A DNA stretch of 64,000 bases from Azolla caroliniana. Lineage: Eukaryota; Plantae; Polypodiophyta. Position 1 is the stretch's first letter. Each line of letters starts with the position of its first letter. Of the stretch, positions 22,084-35,148 are shown one piece after another. The notes beneath the pieces are model-generated. The model had not been told where the DNA came from and ran no database searches. It saw nothing but the letters and a program-made list of their open reading frames with translations. The position numbers and the translations under genes were made by a program. The DNA lies in contig JBHGNT010000018.1 of assembly GCA_043228905.1 (NCBI GenBank), positions 16,244,001-16,308,000 of the forward strand, given 5' to 3'.

Positions 22084-25000
22084 TGTTGGGATTACGGTCC
22101 CTTCGGATGGGATGGTCGGATGTCGGAGATGAATGCCGACAAGCCCGGTTGCGGTTTCGGAACCGGATGATGAAGACCCCGGCTTCGGAGCCGGATGACG
22201 AATGTACCCGGAGAGAGATCCGGATGCGGGGACATATCTGTGATTATGTTTGCCAAGGGCCCTTGAGGCTATAGTTGTAAATAGCCACAAAGTGATATGT
22301 GTATAAATATGACTTAGGGCAAATAGTTTTTGTGTTGCTACTCATTTTTCTGTTTTTCCACTCAAGAGGAGTGAAGAGAGAGCAGCCGTGGGAGAGATAG
22401 AGCGTGAGAGAGGAAGAGGTCGACGCCTCTGTGTATTTCCGCCGCCTGTGGCGAGGACAGCGAGCTCAAGGTCGTCGCCTTGCAGCTCACCATTGTATAC
22501 TTCTCTGTGCATAGTTTTGGTTCGGAGTCTTGTACTCCCGTGGTTTTTCCCGTACAGGGTTTTCCACGATAAATCGTGTCCACTCTATTTTTTCGACATT
22601 TCCCATTTTCTGCAACAACGATTCGTGTGTTTCCTTGGTTGTGGCCGAGAGGTGAAGTTTGGAAAGTGTCGAGTGTCGATTAATTTTCCATCAATTTGGT
22701 ATCAGAGCAGGCTGCTGCAGAAAATGGAAGGCGGCGGCAGCGGGCAGCCGGGGATGATGGTGCTGAATGCGCAGAATTACGCCGACTGGAAGATCAAGAT
22801 GGAGGATCTTCTCATTGTTCGGGACCTGTACGAACCGATTGACAGGTCGGAAATACCGAAGGGAGTACTTGAGTCGGAATGGAGGCTTCTGAACTGGAAA
22901 GCCGTTGCAACCATTCGGCAATACGTAGACGTGAGCGTTCTACAACATGTAGCGAACGACATCAACGCATATGAGATGTGGCGGAAGCTGTCGGGCCTCT
23001 ACGAGAGGAAGAATGCGTTGAACCGGACCTCCCTGATGAGGAAGATAGTGAACCTCAAGTACCGGGACGGCGAGAGTATGGTGGAACACGTAAGCACGTT
23101 CATGGGATTCGTGAACCAGCTTGCGGCGATCAAGTTCCCGCTGGAGGATGCAATGCAAGCCATCATTCTGATGTGTACATTGCCGGAAAGCTGGGAGAAC
23201 TTGGTGGTGACTCTCAGCACCTCCTGCACGGAAGATAACTTGTCCCTACAAACGGTAAAGACAAGTATTTTGAACGAAGAAGCGCGTCAGAGAGATAAAG
23301 AACCGGCCTCCGACTCGAAGGCGCTGCTTACCGAATCGGAACGGGGAAGACAATGGAATCGGAGTCCGCAAAGACGGGAGAAGTCGGGGACCCGGTCGCA
23401 GTCAAGAGGAAGACCCACATGCTTCCACTGTGGGAAGCCGGGGCACTTCCGGAAGAATTGTCGGCATTACCGAAAGGACAACGGAGCCGACGACACCGAT
23501 TCGAAGAAGTCACCGGAGAGAAACGGTGCATACCGGGGAGCCACGGACCGGAGAGGTCCGGATCGGCGAGGGCAGGACCGGAAAGGAACGACGGCACTCG
23601 CGGCAAGTGAGGAAGAAATCATGCTCATCACCGAAGAAGGTGAACTAAACATTGCCGGCGATGAGACGACCTGGGTGGTCGATTCCGGAGCATCGTTCCA
23701 CCTGACCCCGGAGAGAAGATACTTCTCATCCTACACAGCCGGTGAGCATGGCTGTGTTCGGATGGGAAATGAAGGTACGTGCCGGATTGCCGGCATAGGA
23801 GACGTGTGGTTGACAACCCCGACTGGATGCAAAATGCTGCTGAAGGATGTTCGACACGTTCCGGAGGTTCGATTGAACCTGATTTCGGCCGGGAGGCTAG
23901 ACGATGAAGGCTACACAGGTAGCATCCGGAACGGTGTCATGAAGTTCAGCAAGGGGAGCCTGATAGTGGCTCGGGCCCGGAAGGTCAACACACTGTACCT
24001 GATGAATTCCCGGCTATGTCCGGAGGAGCTGAACGTGGCAGCCGACACTGCCGGTGAGCTGTGGCACAAGAGACTGTGCCACATGAGTGAGAAGGGGATG
24101 AAGAGGCTTGTAGAAGACAACCTTATTCCAGTGAAGCATGTGCACATGGAGAAGTGCACCGACTGCCTGGCCGGTAAGCAAAACCGGACCTCCTTCCACT
24201 CAAGGCCACCGACGAGACGTAGCGCACCATTGGAGTTGGTGCACACTGATGTGTGTCAGGTAGAAACGAAGTCACATGGCGGAGCCCAATACTTCGTAAC
24301 ATTCATTGATGATCACAACCGGAAGCTGTGGACGGCACCGTTGAAGACAAAGGACCAAGTGTTGTGCGTCTTTAAAGAACTCCACGCAAGAGTGGAAAGG
24401 GAATCCGGCAAGAAGCTGAAAGCGATACGAGCGGATAACGGAGGGGAATACCGGGGGCAGTTCGCGGAGTACTGTCGCTCGAAGGGAATCCGGCTCGAGT
24501 TTACTGTGCCGAAGACGCCGGAACTGAACGGGCTGGCCGAGAGGATGAACCGGACCATAATGGAGAGGGTCCGGAGTATGCTGGCGCATGCGGAATTACC
24601 CAAGGGGTTTTGGGCTGAGGCAATGTCGACGGCGACATACGTGATAAACAGATCACCCTCAGTACCTTTGGACGGAGACACGCCGCAGAGAGTGTGGACC
24701 GGTAGGGAAGTATCCTACCGGCATCTGAAGGTGTTCGGGTGTCTCGCATACGTGCATGTGGCAAAGGACCGGAGAGGAAAGTTAGATCCAAAGACCCGGC
24801 CATGCATATTCCTCGGTTACGGCGACGACGAGTTCGGCTACCGAGTATGGGACCCGGTCGACAAGAAGATATTCAGGAGTCGAGATATCGTCTTCATGGA
24901 GGACAAGACACTCGCCGACTGGGAGTCGGAGAAGAAGATGAAGAGCTCCAAGTCGACCGGTGAGGATCAACTCTACGAGGAGCAGTCCCGACCGGCGAGG

Positions 25001-27419
25001 GACCGGTTAGCACTCGAGGATCCGGCCGAAGACGGTGAAGAAACAGAACCGGCCGAAGAAGATGAAAATGATACCGGAACCGGCCCCGATCCCGAAATGG
25101 ATTCGTATGAAGAAGAATCGGAAGAACCGGTTACCGAAGCTCCGGAACGGAGATATCCTCTAAGAGAGAGAAGGGCCCCCCGGAGATTTCCGGAACCAGA
25201 GCACGTGCTGCTAACCGACGAGGGGGAGCCGGAGAGCTTTGAATAAGCAAAGCATGACACCCAGAGCCGCAGGTGGTTGAGTGCCATGCAGGAGGAGATG
25301 GATTCCCTGCATGAGAACCACACATATGAACTTGTGGAGCTGCCGAAAGGAAAACGGGCACTCCGTAACAAGTGGGTGTTCAAGCTGAAACCGGGAGATG
25401 CCGGAAACCCCCCGAGATACAAAGCCAGGATCGTGGTGAAGGGGTTTCAGCAGAAGAAGGGCGTCGACTTCGACGAGATATTTGCCCCGGTAGTGAAGAT
25501 GACCTCCATCCGGACGGTGCTGAGCATAGCGGCAAGCATGGACCTCGAGGTAGAACAGATGGACGTGAAGACGGCATTCCTTCACGGTGACCTCGAAGAA
25601 GAGATCTACATGCAGCAACCGGAAGGATTCGAGAAGAAAGGGAAGGAGCACCTGGTATGCCGGTTGAAGAAGAGCCTTTACGGACTGAAGCAGGCTCCCC
25701 GACAATGGTACCGGAAGTTCGACTCCTTCATGACCGACGAAGGGTACCTCAAAACGCAGTCAGACCACTGCGTGTTTGTGAAGAAGTTCGAAGGAGGAGA
25801 CTTTCTAATACTCCTCCTGTACGTGGACGACATGTTGATCGTCGGACGAGACCAGGTGAAGATACGGATGCTAAAGAAGGCTCTTCACCGAACCTTCTCA
25901 ATGAAGGACCTGGGTCCGGCGAGGCAAATACTAGGGATGCACATCATCCGGGACCGGAAGAAGAAGCAGTTGTGGCTGTCACAGGAGAAGTACATGACAA
26001 AGGTGCTTCACCGGTTCAACATGTCGGAAGCAAGACCGGTCGGGTCAACACTCCCGGCAAACTGCAAGCTGTCCAGCAAGCAAAGCCCCAAGACAAAGGC
26101 TGAGAAGGAGGACATGATGAAAGTACCATATGCCTCTGCCGTCGGGAGCTTGATGTACGCAATGGTGTGTACCCGACTGGACATAGGATATGCAGTCGGA
26201 GTGGTGAGCCGGTACATGAGCAATCCCGGCAAAGAGCATTGGAACGCGGCCAAGTGGATACTCCGATACCTGAAGGGCACGGCAAACGTGTGCCTCCGAT
26301 TCGGCTCCGGTAAGCCCGAACTCGACGGCTTCACCGATTCGGATATGTCGGCTGATGCAGATACCAGCCGGTCCACATCAGGGTATGTGATGACGTATGC
26401 AGGGGGAGCTGTTTCATGGCAGTCGAGGCTGCAGAAGACGGTTGCGTTGTCAACCACGGAGGCGGAGTACATGGCGGCTGTTGAAGCCGGCAAGGAAATA
26501 ATGTGGATGAAGGACTTCATTAGAGAGCTCGGTATCCGGCAGGAGGAGTATCGACTCTACTGCGACAGTCAGAGTGCAATCCACCTTGCGAAGAACGCGG
26601 CCTATCACTCCCGGACGAAGCACATCCAGCGAAGATATCACTGGATCCGGGAAAGGATAGAAGACAAGGAGTTCGTGCTGACGAAGATCCACACGGACGA
26701 GAACGGGTCAGATAGGCTGACCAAGGTGCTCACACCCGACAAGCTGGAAGCATGCCGGAAGAGGATCGGATTGGAGAGACATCCCATGCCGAAGTGAAGG
26801 GGGAGTTTGTTGGGATTACGGTCCCTTCGGATGGGATGGTCGGATGTCGGAGATGAATGCCGACAAGCCCGGTTGCGGTTTCGGAACCGGATGATGAAGA
26901 CCCTGGCTTCGGAGCCGGATGACGAATGTACCCGGAGAGAGATCCGGATGCGGGGACATATCTGTGATTATGTTTGCCAAGGGCCCTTGAGGCTATAGTT
27001 GTAAATAGCCCCAAAGTCATATGTGTATAAATATGACTTAGGGCAAATAGTTTTTGTGTTGCTACTCATTTTTCTGTTTTTCCACTCAAGAGGAGTGAAG
27101 AGAGAGCAGTCGTGGGAGAGATAGAGCGTGAGAGAGGAAGAGGTCGACGCCTCTGTGTATTTCCGCCGCCTGTGGCGAGGACAGCGAGCTCAAGGTCGTC
27201 GCCTTGCAGCTCGACATTGTATACTTCTCTGTGCATAGTTTTGGTTCGGAGTCTTGTACTCCCGTGGTTTTTCCCGTACAGGGTTTTCCACGATAAATCG
27301 TGTGTCCACTCTATTTTTTCGACATTTCCCATTTTCTGCAACAACGATTCGTGTGTTTCCTTGGTTGTGGCCGAGAGGTGAAGTTTGGAAAGTGTCGAGT
27401 GTCGATTAATTTTCCATCA
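22084..27419 (+). mobile_element. Ty1/Copia element B2 (Tnt1-like)
   Basis: LTRs 22084-22693 and 26808-27419 (about 6 substitutions, one 2-bp indel); TSD CAACC; PBS iMet 22697-22708; PPT 26798-26807. Confidence 0.96.
22724..26797 (+). pseudogene. gag-pol: Copia B2 gag-pol with one premature stop (TAA 25244-25246)
   Basis: Nearly identical to the B1 protein; both track ORFs are in one frame; B1 has GAA at this codon. Confidence 0.93.
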
Positions 27420-27772
27420 CAACCCCTTGTGTTTCTGAACGTGTTGATTTCACTCTTCTTGTGAGTCTGTGCAAGTCGCTTTTCGACTTCCCTTCTGCTC
27501 CTTGTTCGGCTTTCTTCTGCTTGGTCATTTGCCGTAGTCCCATCTTTGTCCTCAGTGTTCCTCAGTGTTGATCTGGGAGTGGCTTCGTCAGGCAATCAAC
27601 GATGTTCACCACGGTCTCGATCTTCTGGACTTCGAGTTTCTTTTCAATTATCAGCTCCCGCATGTGATGATATCGCACCTCAATATGTTTTATCTTCGCG
27701 TGATATACTGGGTTGTTGATGAGGTGTATTACACTCTGTGATTCACAATAGATGGTCAACACTGGTTGATCA

Positions 27773-28668
27773 TGACGGGAACTACAACGCTCCCTATACA
27801 CAACGCTCGGCCACAACCGAGCTTAGAATCATACACAGAAAACGGGAAATAAAGAACGACACGAAGAAGAGAAGAGTACACAGGATGTTTACGTGGAAAA
27901 CCCCAAACTAGGGTAAAAAACCACGGCAGCCCACAGGCTGCAAACTATCACTATGTTAGAATGTACAACAGTGAGTTCACGGAGGCAACGACCTCGTGCT
28001 CACGATCTTCGCTACAGGTGGCGGTTACAACTGAGGCAACGACCTCTTCCTCTCTCTCACTCTCTCTGTACACAGTTACGCGCTCTGATCTCGCGCAGAC
28101 AACAATAACAACATCACTAAAAGTTTGCCCTAAGTCATGTTTATACTAATATGACTTTTCGGCTATTTACAAATATAGCCATGATGGACTCTCAAAAACA
28201 TATTTACGAATATGTCTCTGCATCCGGTGAACACTCCTCACCGGGTCTGCACCATCCGGCTCTCCATAGCCGGGTACTCCTCATCCGGTTCTCACTAGGC
28301 CTGCACCATCCGGCTCTCCGTAGCCAGGTACTCCTCATCCGGTTCTCACCGGGCCTGCACCATCCGGCTCTTCGTAGCCGGGTACTCCTCATCCGGTTCT
28401 CACCGGGTTTGCACCATCCGGCTCTCCGTAGCCGGGTACTCCTCATCCGGTTCTCACCGGGTTTGCACCATCCGGCTCTCCGTAGCCGGGTATTCCTCAT
28501 CCGGTTCTCACCGGGTCTGCACCATCCGGCTCTCCGTAGCCGGGTACTCCTCATCCGGTTCTCACCGGGTCTGCACCATCCGGCTCACCGTAGCCGGGTA
28601 CTCGTCATACGGTTTCCCATAAGCATTGTTCTTCTCTCTTCCCATCCGGAGGGACCTGTCTCCCAACA
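27773..28668 (-). mobile_element. Solo LTR of a B3-related Copia family
   Basis: TG...CA; reverse complement resembles the B3 LTR; TSD GATCA/GATCG; no PBS, PPT or internal sequence; host RNase H frame resumes on both sides. Confidence 0.88.
28237..28612. repeat. 54-bp tandem repeat, about 7 copies, inside the solo LTR
   Basis: Unit CCGGGTCTGCACCATCCGGCTCTCCGTAGCCGGGTACTCCTCATCCGGTTCTCA; 18-aa periodicity in the ORF track. Confidence 0.92.
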
Positions 28669-31600
28669 GATCGATTCGGCTTGTAGCCGAAAAGTCGACA
28701 GTTAGTCTGTGCAGCCAGATCGCTTCCTTCGCTGCCTTCGACGCTGCTATATACTCGGCCTCTGTGGTGGACATGGCCATGCACTCTTGGAGCTTTGACC
28801 TCCATGATATAACACCGCCATCGTAGGTGAAGATGTGACCCAATGTCGACTTCTGATTGTCCGGGTTCCCGATGTAGTTGGAGTCGGTGTAGCCTTCGAC
28901 TTCGGTTGGGTTTGTCGATCCCAAAGTGAGTTGTGCATCTTCGATTCCTTTTAGGTACCTGAAAATGTGTTTGACAGCCTCCCAATGCTTCCGTCTTGGA
29001 TTAGACATGTACCGATTGACGACCCTTATGGCTTATGCAAGATCGGGTCGGGTCGCCACCATTGCGTACATGATACTTCCTACTGCCGATGTGGAGTGTA
29101 TCTTTCCATTGAGCTCTCTCTCCTTGTCCGTCAAAGGAGAGTCTCTGTCTGATAATTGGATCGACGTCGGAAGCGAGGTTGGTGTGGGCTTCATGTTCTC
29201 CATATTGAAGCGCCTCAACACCTTTCAGATGTAATCAGACTTGGAGAGTCGAAGAGTCTTCGTCTTCCGATTTCGCTCAATCCTCATGCCTAGTATGTGT
29301 TGGGCTTGTCCGAGTTCCTTCATTGCGAACTTTTCGGGAAGGCTCCGCTTTAGCTTTTTGATTTCGGCTTGATTGCTCCCTGCAATCAGCATGTTGTCAA
29401 CATATATAATCAAGTAAATCCGGGACTCGTCGGCCAATTCATGAGTGTATAAACATGGGTTGGAGTCGGACCGGCTGTAGCCGAGTTGCCAGATGTAGGC
29501 GTCGAACTTTTGGTACCACATCCTTGGCGCTTGTTTTAAGCTGTATAGGCTTTTCTTCAATCGACATACGAGGTGACTTTCCTCCCTCATCACCGAGAAG
29601 CCTGCCGGTTGGGACATGTAGATTTCCTTTGCCAAGTCTCTGTGTAAGAATGTCGTCTTTACGTCGAGTTGCTCAAGCTCTAGGTCCTCTATTGCCACGA
29701 CCCCGAGTAGGAGTTCAAGGGTGGTCATCTTAACTACTAGAGAGAATATCTCATCATAATCGACCCCATGTTCCTGTTTGAATCCGTTCACGACGAGCCG
29801 AGCTTTATACTTGGGCTTCTCTGAGTCAAATACATATTTGTATCGGAATACCCATTTGCAAGGTAGCGACTTTCTTCTAGATGATAGTTCGACCAACTCC
29901 CATGTATTGTTCTCTTTGATCGAGTCCATCTCGGATCTTGTGGCTTGCAACCATGTATCAGTGTCCGGTGTGGCGATAGCTTCTTTGTATGTCCTTGGTT
30001 CGCCTGAATCGGTGATAGAACTCTGTTGGCCTTCTGACTCGTCCAGATCTTCTGAGTACCGATTTTGTTGGTTGCATTTCTTCAATCGACTCGGTCGGCC
30101 GATTGGTATTTCTTGAACCGTCTGCAAGAGCCCTATTGGATGAATCGCCCTTGTAGTAGGATTTCGGCAAGGTCACATCATCCTCCCCTACTTTGGGATT
30201 GAGAGACTTGGCTAACTCGAATCTAGTTTTCCCTTTCACCTAGGGTGTCTCGGTCCGGTCGACTTTGTTTTCGACTTGCATCTTGTTGACTTTGCCTTTT
30301 TCGACTCTGGTTGATTCGGCTTTGTCTTTGATGGATTTGTCTTCGAGTTCGACTAGTGAACCTCCTACAGATTCGGAGTCGAGAGGTGTATTGTCGGCTT
30401 GGTCAAGTTCGACTATTTGTCGAATCTCCCATTCAGCCTGGTGGGTCAGTCTTTCTACGACTTCTCTATCGATTTTGAAAGAGACCTTTTTGCCCACTCT
30501 TTTTTGCTAGTTCCTCTCAGAGAGGATAGAGTCTTTATTGAAGACTATGTCACTGCTTCGTATCAATTTCCGATTTTGTGGGCCCCGTAGACGATAGACG
30601 AAATCCCCATTGGTTCCATAACAGAGAAATATGCATTTTGTTGCATGGGGTGCCAACTTGGTTCTTTTCTCGCTGGGGATGAATGCGTAGGCTTCGCATC
30701 CGAATATACATAGCCTATCGTAACTCAACTGTTTGCCTGACCATAGTGCTTGTGGCACTTCGAGCCTGATTGCTTTCAATGGCGACATGTTGATTAGATA
30801 TACTGTTATCTGTAATAATTTGGCCTAGACCTCCAACTTCAGTCCGGCTTGCTGGAGCATTGCTGTCAGCCTCTCTTGGATTGTTCGGTTGATTCTTTCT
30901 GCCACTCCATTCCACATGGGTGTGTATGGAACGGTCTTTTGATGCCGGATCCCTTTGTCAGACAGGTATTGTTTGAAGGCTCGGGAAGTATATTCGCCTC
31001 CATTGTTGGAACAGAGTGTCTTTAGTCTGTGTCCTTACATGTTCTCCGCTTCGATTAACCATCGAGCAAAGACCTCGAGCGCTTCGTCTTTTGACCTAAT
31101 TGAATAGGCCCAGACTTTGCATGTATACATTGACGAATGTGATGAAGTACTGGGAGCCACCTAGAGATCTTTCAAGCATCGACCCACATATATCTGTGTG
31201 CACGAGCTCTAGGGGCTGACATACCGTCTCATAATGAAGAGAGTGAAGACTGCGGGTCTGTTTCCCATATTGACAATGCTCGCAGAAGTCCTTTGCTTGA
31301 AGTTTCGGGATGTAGCCGACCGCGATAAGCTGATCAAGTCTGGCTTGAGACATATGGCCGAGTCGGTCATGCCATAAGTTCGGGTTAATCTTTTCAGCTA
31401 CGTTCACGAACCCTTCTGGATTGATCACCATCATTGGGTATACGTTGTTGTACTTTTGCCCACTTCCGATTCTTAGATTTCCTCGGTTGATCATCCATGC
31501 CGACTCATTTAGAGTCGTTTAGTACCCATCTTCGGCAAACATGCCAATGTAGACCAAAATCCTTTTCATATTGGGTATGTGCCGAACTTGGTGCAAGGTG

Positions 31601-33080
31601 ATCATGTTGTCATTCGGTAGTCGGATGGGGACCTCTTTGATCCCTACGATTACGCACTCGTGCCCATTTCCGAGTTGGATTGTGCCATTGGTGTCGGCCG
31701 AATAGTTCGAAAACCATTCGATGTTCGGGGTTACATGAAATGTGGCGCCAGAGTCCAGCAACCACGTGTGAGCGTCTTGCACACTATAGAGGACTTCTCC
31801 GATCATCGAGTCCTCTAAGGAGAGGATTTCTCCCGATCGTGTGTCGACAACATTGACTTGGTTGCCGACTAGAGAGTGATTCGAGTCGGATCATCCTCGA
31901 TTCCACTCGTATCGTCGACCACTCTCTTTCCTTTTGATCGACCAACAGTCAGAAACATTGTGATCGGCTTTTCTACAGTGGGTACAAAATTCGCCTGATC
32001 GACTCGTTCTTGACTTCAACCATTGTCGGTCTCCCCTCGTTTTCAATTGACTATGGTGTCAACTAGTTCTGTCGGTTTGTTCTTTAGATTGACTCAATCG
32101 AGTGGTGGGCTTTTGCCAATTCCTCGATCGACTCGTTCTCATTTTTGCCAAATATCCTCGGTGAGGACTTGGACGATCGTCTCATATAGATTTAAGATTG
32201 GACGGCTATTGGCAAATGTCGTGCAGAATACCTCCCAACTTGCCGACAAGTGTGATAGGAGGGCAAGGGCTTTAACTTCTTCTTCAAAGTTAATCCCTTG
32301 GGAGGAGAGTTCAAACAACACCCGACTGAAGGTGTTGATGTGGGAGGTTGTGGGATCCGAATCTCTCATCTTCATATTGAACAAACTGTCGAATCAATAT
32401 GAGTTTTGACGAGGAGGACTTCTTTTCGTACATTGCTTGCAACTTCTCCCATAACGAGAAAGTTGTTGTCTCCCTGGCCATGCTAAAGTAGACATTTTCG
32501 GCCAAGTGCATTCGGATGGTGGAGCGCGTGATTTCATCTATGGATCTCCACTCTTTGGTCGTCATCAAAGCATGTTTTTCGCTATGTCGAATGTCTTCGA
32601 CTTGTCTTCTGGTGATTAGCACATCTTGCATCATGTCCTTCCACAAGGCAAATTTTTTGCCATCGAACTTTTGGATTTCAACTCCTACTCCGGCTGTTGA
32701 AGCCATATTCTTTTTTTTGTTTTTGAAAGTGAGATTTATTTTTCTGACCTTGTCTTCTTTTTCAGCTTCCTTTGTTGCTTTCGTTGCTGCTAAACAACAG
32801 GTTGCTCTGATACCACTTGATGGAATGAATACACAAAAGTAAGTAAGGACCTGTAGTTTATGTGCTCGGCAAACAACACAGAGAATATGATGGAAACATA
32901 GACACAGTTTCAGTTGTAATGGAAGCTTTCTTTATTCACTGTTCTCTCTCCCTAAGACTCAAGATTCAAGAAGAGGACTGTTTTACAATGTTAGGTTATT
33001 GCTTATATTTTAAGCCCTAACTCTTTGGACGGGTTCACACTAGGATACAACGTGGAAGGAGTCGGCCTTTTATGCCAACA

Positions 33081-33323
33081 ACTTTCCCAACCAAGAGTAT
33101 ATACTTTATTTGCAAACACATCAAGGAAGCTAAACACATGTGCATGAGACATTATATATGCATCTTTTATGGCAAGTGCTTCACGATGTGCAATGCAATG
33201 CACTCCCAAAATGTTAGGCATCGCGGATTGAAACTTAGAAATTGCACCATTGTTCTTCCCTATCATAGATGATGCCCCATGACTTGCAAAAGCCAAATGT
33301 TTTTTAAATTTTAAATAGCTCTC
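33081..33323 (-). pseudogene. hAT transposase fragment (upstream part of the fragment at 20498-20723)
   Basis: FASHGASSMIGKNNG...GVHCIAHREALA: degenerate DGA motif and CxAH motif of hAT transposases. Confidence 0.8.
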
Positions 33324-34670
33324 TTTAAAGAATTACTTGCGGAAGCTTGAGGACCTGATCAACTTCACCGGATGTTAACAGAAAAGATACATAGGTTTAA
33401 TGGAAAGCTTAGTCACATAGAGAATACATGGGAGACACAAAGAGAGCAAAAAAGCATAAACTCAATTTCAAAATATCACTATGTATATACAAATGTCCTA
33501 TAGAACACTTTTTATACAAGTCCTTAAAAGGACTGACAAAAGTATTGACAAGTACTTCAATGCTCATATGAGCGGCTGGCACTAATTCCAAGAAATATGC
33601 CTTCGTACTAGGCTAAGATTGTAGGCCTCTAATGGGCACCAATTACAATCCGATCCGTCTCTCCGATCTAGCTCTCTGGCTTATTCAGCCGATCCGAATC
33701 CGGTTGAGCTTCTCCCCTCAACACTCCCCCTGAAGCTCAGCTTGAGGTCGGATCCTGGAATCAGTGTCTACCGGTCCTTCCCTCTGGCTCCTCCTAGTGT
33801 CTTCCCGTCTTGCTCACGCTCCTCGACCCGTCTGGTTCTGCGCACCTCGACCTTCTCGGTCAACTTGCCTACTCATAAGGCCCAATTCATTTCCCTCACT
33901 ACTATGACTTCGGCGCTTATCGACCCGTCGGTTCCTACGTGTCGGTGTCGACTTCCATTGCCTTCCCGTTTGTTGGGCCTTTTGTTGATTTGGCTCCTTC
34001 GAATCAAACTCATCTTCTGAATCAGTTGCCTCCTATTCGTGCCAACTCTTGTCCAAATTGGTCGTCTCCAATTCATCTTCAACATCCATGCCCTTCACCA
34101 CGTCGAACCACGTCCGGGTCTTGGCCTTCTCCTTCCGATCGGCTTTGTCTTTTTTTACTCTACTGTCGTCGCCGCTCATTCCGACTCTCTCGGATGTGCC
34201 GACTTCTTCAGTCAACTCGGCTTCCTTTTTCTCCTTGTCTCCCCCTGTTTCAGTTTCCTTCTATCCTACTGCTTGTTCGGTGCCATTAACAGTTTTCCCG
34301 ATTTCCGTTCCGGTTCTCCCTGTATCAATACCGGTTCTCCCCTCAAGTGCGGCATGTCGAGATGTTGTAGCCCAAGCATCTCCGAACAATCCTGCAACTT
34401 GTCTGATCCGAGTGGCTTGGTGAAGATGTCAACAACCTGCCAATTCGTCTGAACATACCGGAGTTCGATTTCACCACTCACGACCCGCTCGTGCACAAAG
34501 TGATAATGCACTTCTATATGCTTTGTCCGAGCATGGAACATGGGGTTCTTGCTACTTATGTTGTCGAATTAGATCGGGATCGGAGTTGGTTCTTCGATCC
34601 GGAGGTCTTGCAGCAGTCGTCGAAGCCATATGGCTTCACAGGTGGCAACAATAGCCCCTTGATACTCAAC
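33324..34670 (-). mobile_element. Truncated Copia family C copy C1 (3' LTR, PPT, RNase H end)
   Basis: FHARTKHIEVHYHFV...DIFTKPL; PPT 33724-33731; LTR ~33324-33723 resembles the C2 LTR. Confidence 0.78.
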
Positions 34671-34681
34671 CTAGATTTCTC

Positions 34682-35148
34682 TTGGTAATCATTAGAGCAT
34701 GGGATGTAATCAAGATTTTCTTACACAAACATATGCCTGAAAAGTGGGATGCTTGGATAAATCAACCTATTCTCACTAATGCTCTTGTCTGGGATTCTAT
34801 TGGGAATGTATTGGGCCTTAGAACTCGTCCCGCCCGAGGAAAACTTGATAATGGGCTAGCAGCATCAATGAGATATTGGATTAATTTTCAGCAAATGTCA
34901 AAAGTGGATTGGCTTAAGCAGTTACACTCAGTATATGTTGCGAAGACAATGACAATGGATATTTTAGTGGCTTTCTCGCAGGCCTCAATGCAACTTCAAC
35001 CAATGTAGGAGCATATTTGGTTTGGTTGCCTTATGATTGGCATGATGCTTTTTGTTAAAGGAGTTTTTGTAAATGGATGTATTTTTTATTTTCATATTCA
35101 ACGAGACAATAAATTGCAGCCTTATATACCCTCGAATAATTCACTATA
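34682..35148 (+). other. Decayed coding-like fragment, possibly a LINE ORF2 C-terminal remnant
   Basis: Trp-rich 108-aa ORF (WINQPILTN...GNVLGL...KLDNG); weak resemblance only. Confidence 0.25.

Larger units (their letters stand above)
21474..33080 (-). mobile_element. Ty1/Copia family A copy A2 (decayed; hosts B2 and a solo LTR)
   Basis: LTRs ~21474-21748 and 32818-33080; PBS 32804-32815; PPT 21749-21757; gag-pol fragments 27562-32706 similar to A1; no TSD recognised, so the left edge is uncertain by a few bp. Confidence 0.87.

Noticed and set aside
22388-22723. N-terminal extension of B2 Gag (likewise 17291-17395 in B1)
   Set aside because: It runs through the LTR and PBS from a non-ATG start and is not shared between B1 and B2
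25244-25246. Programmed readthrough in B2 pol
   Set aside because: B1 and B3 have GAA at this codon, so it is a private nonsense mutation
28151-28705. Repeat-protein ORFs on both strands, or a CRISPR-like array
   Set aside because: By-product of a 54-bp tandem repeat in an LTR; there are no unique spacers and no cas genes
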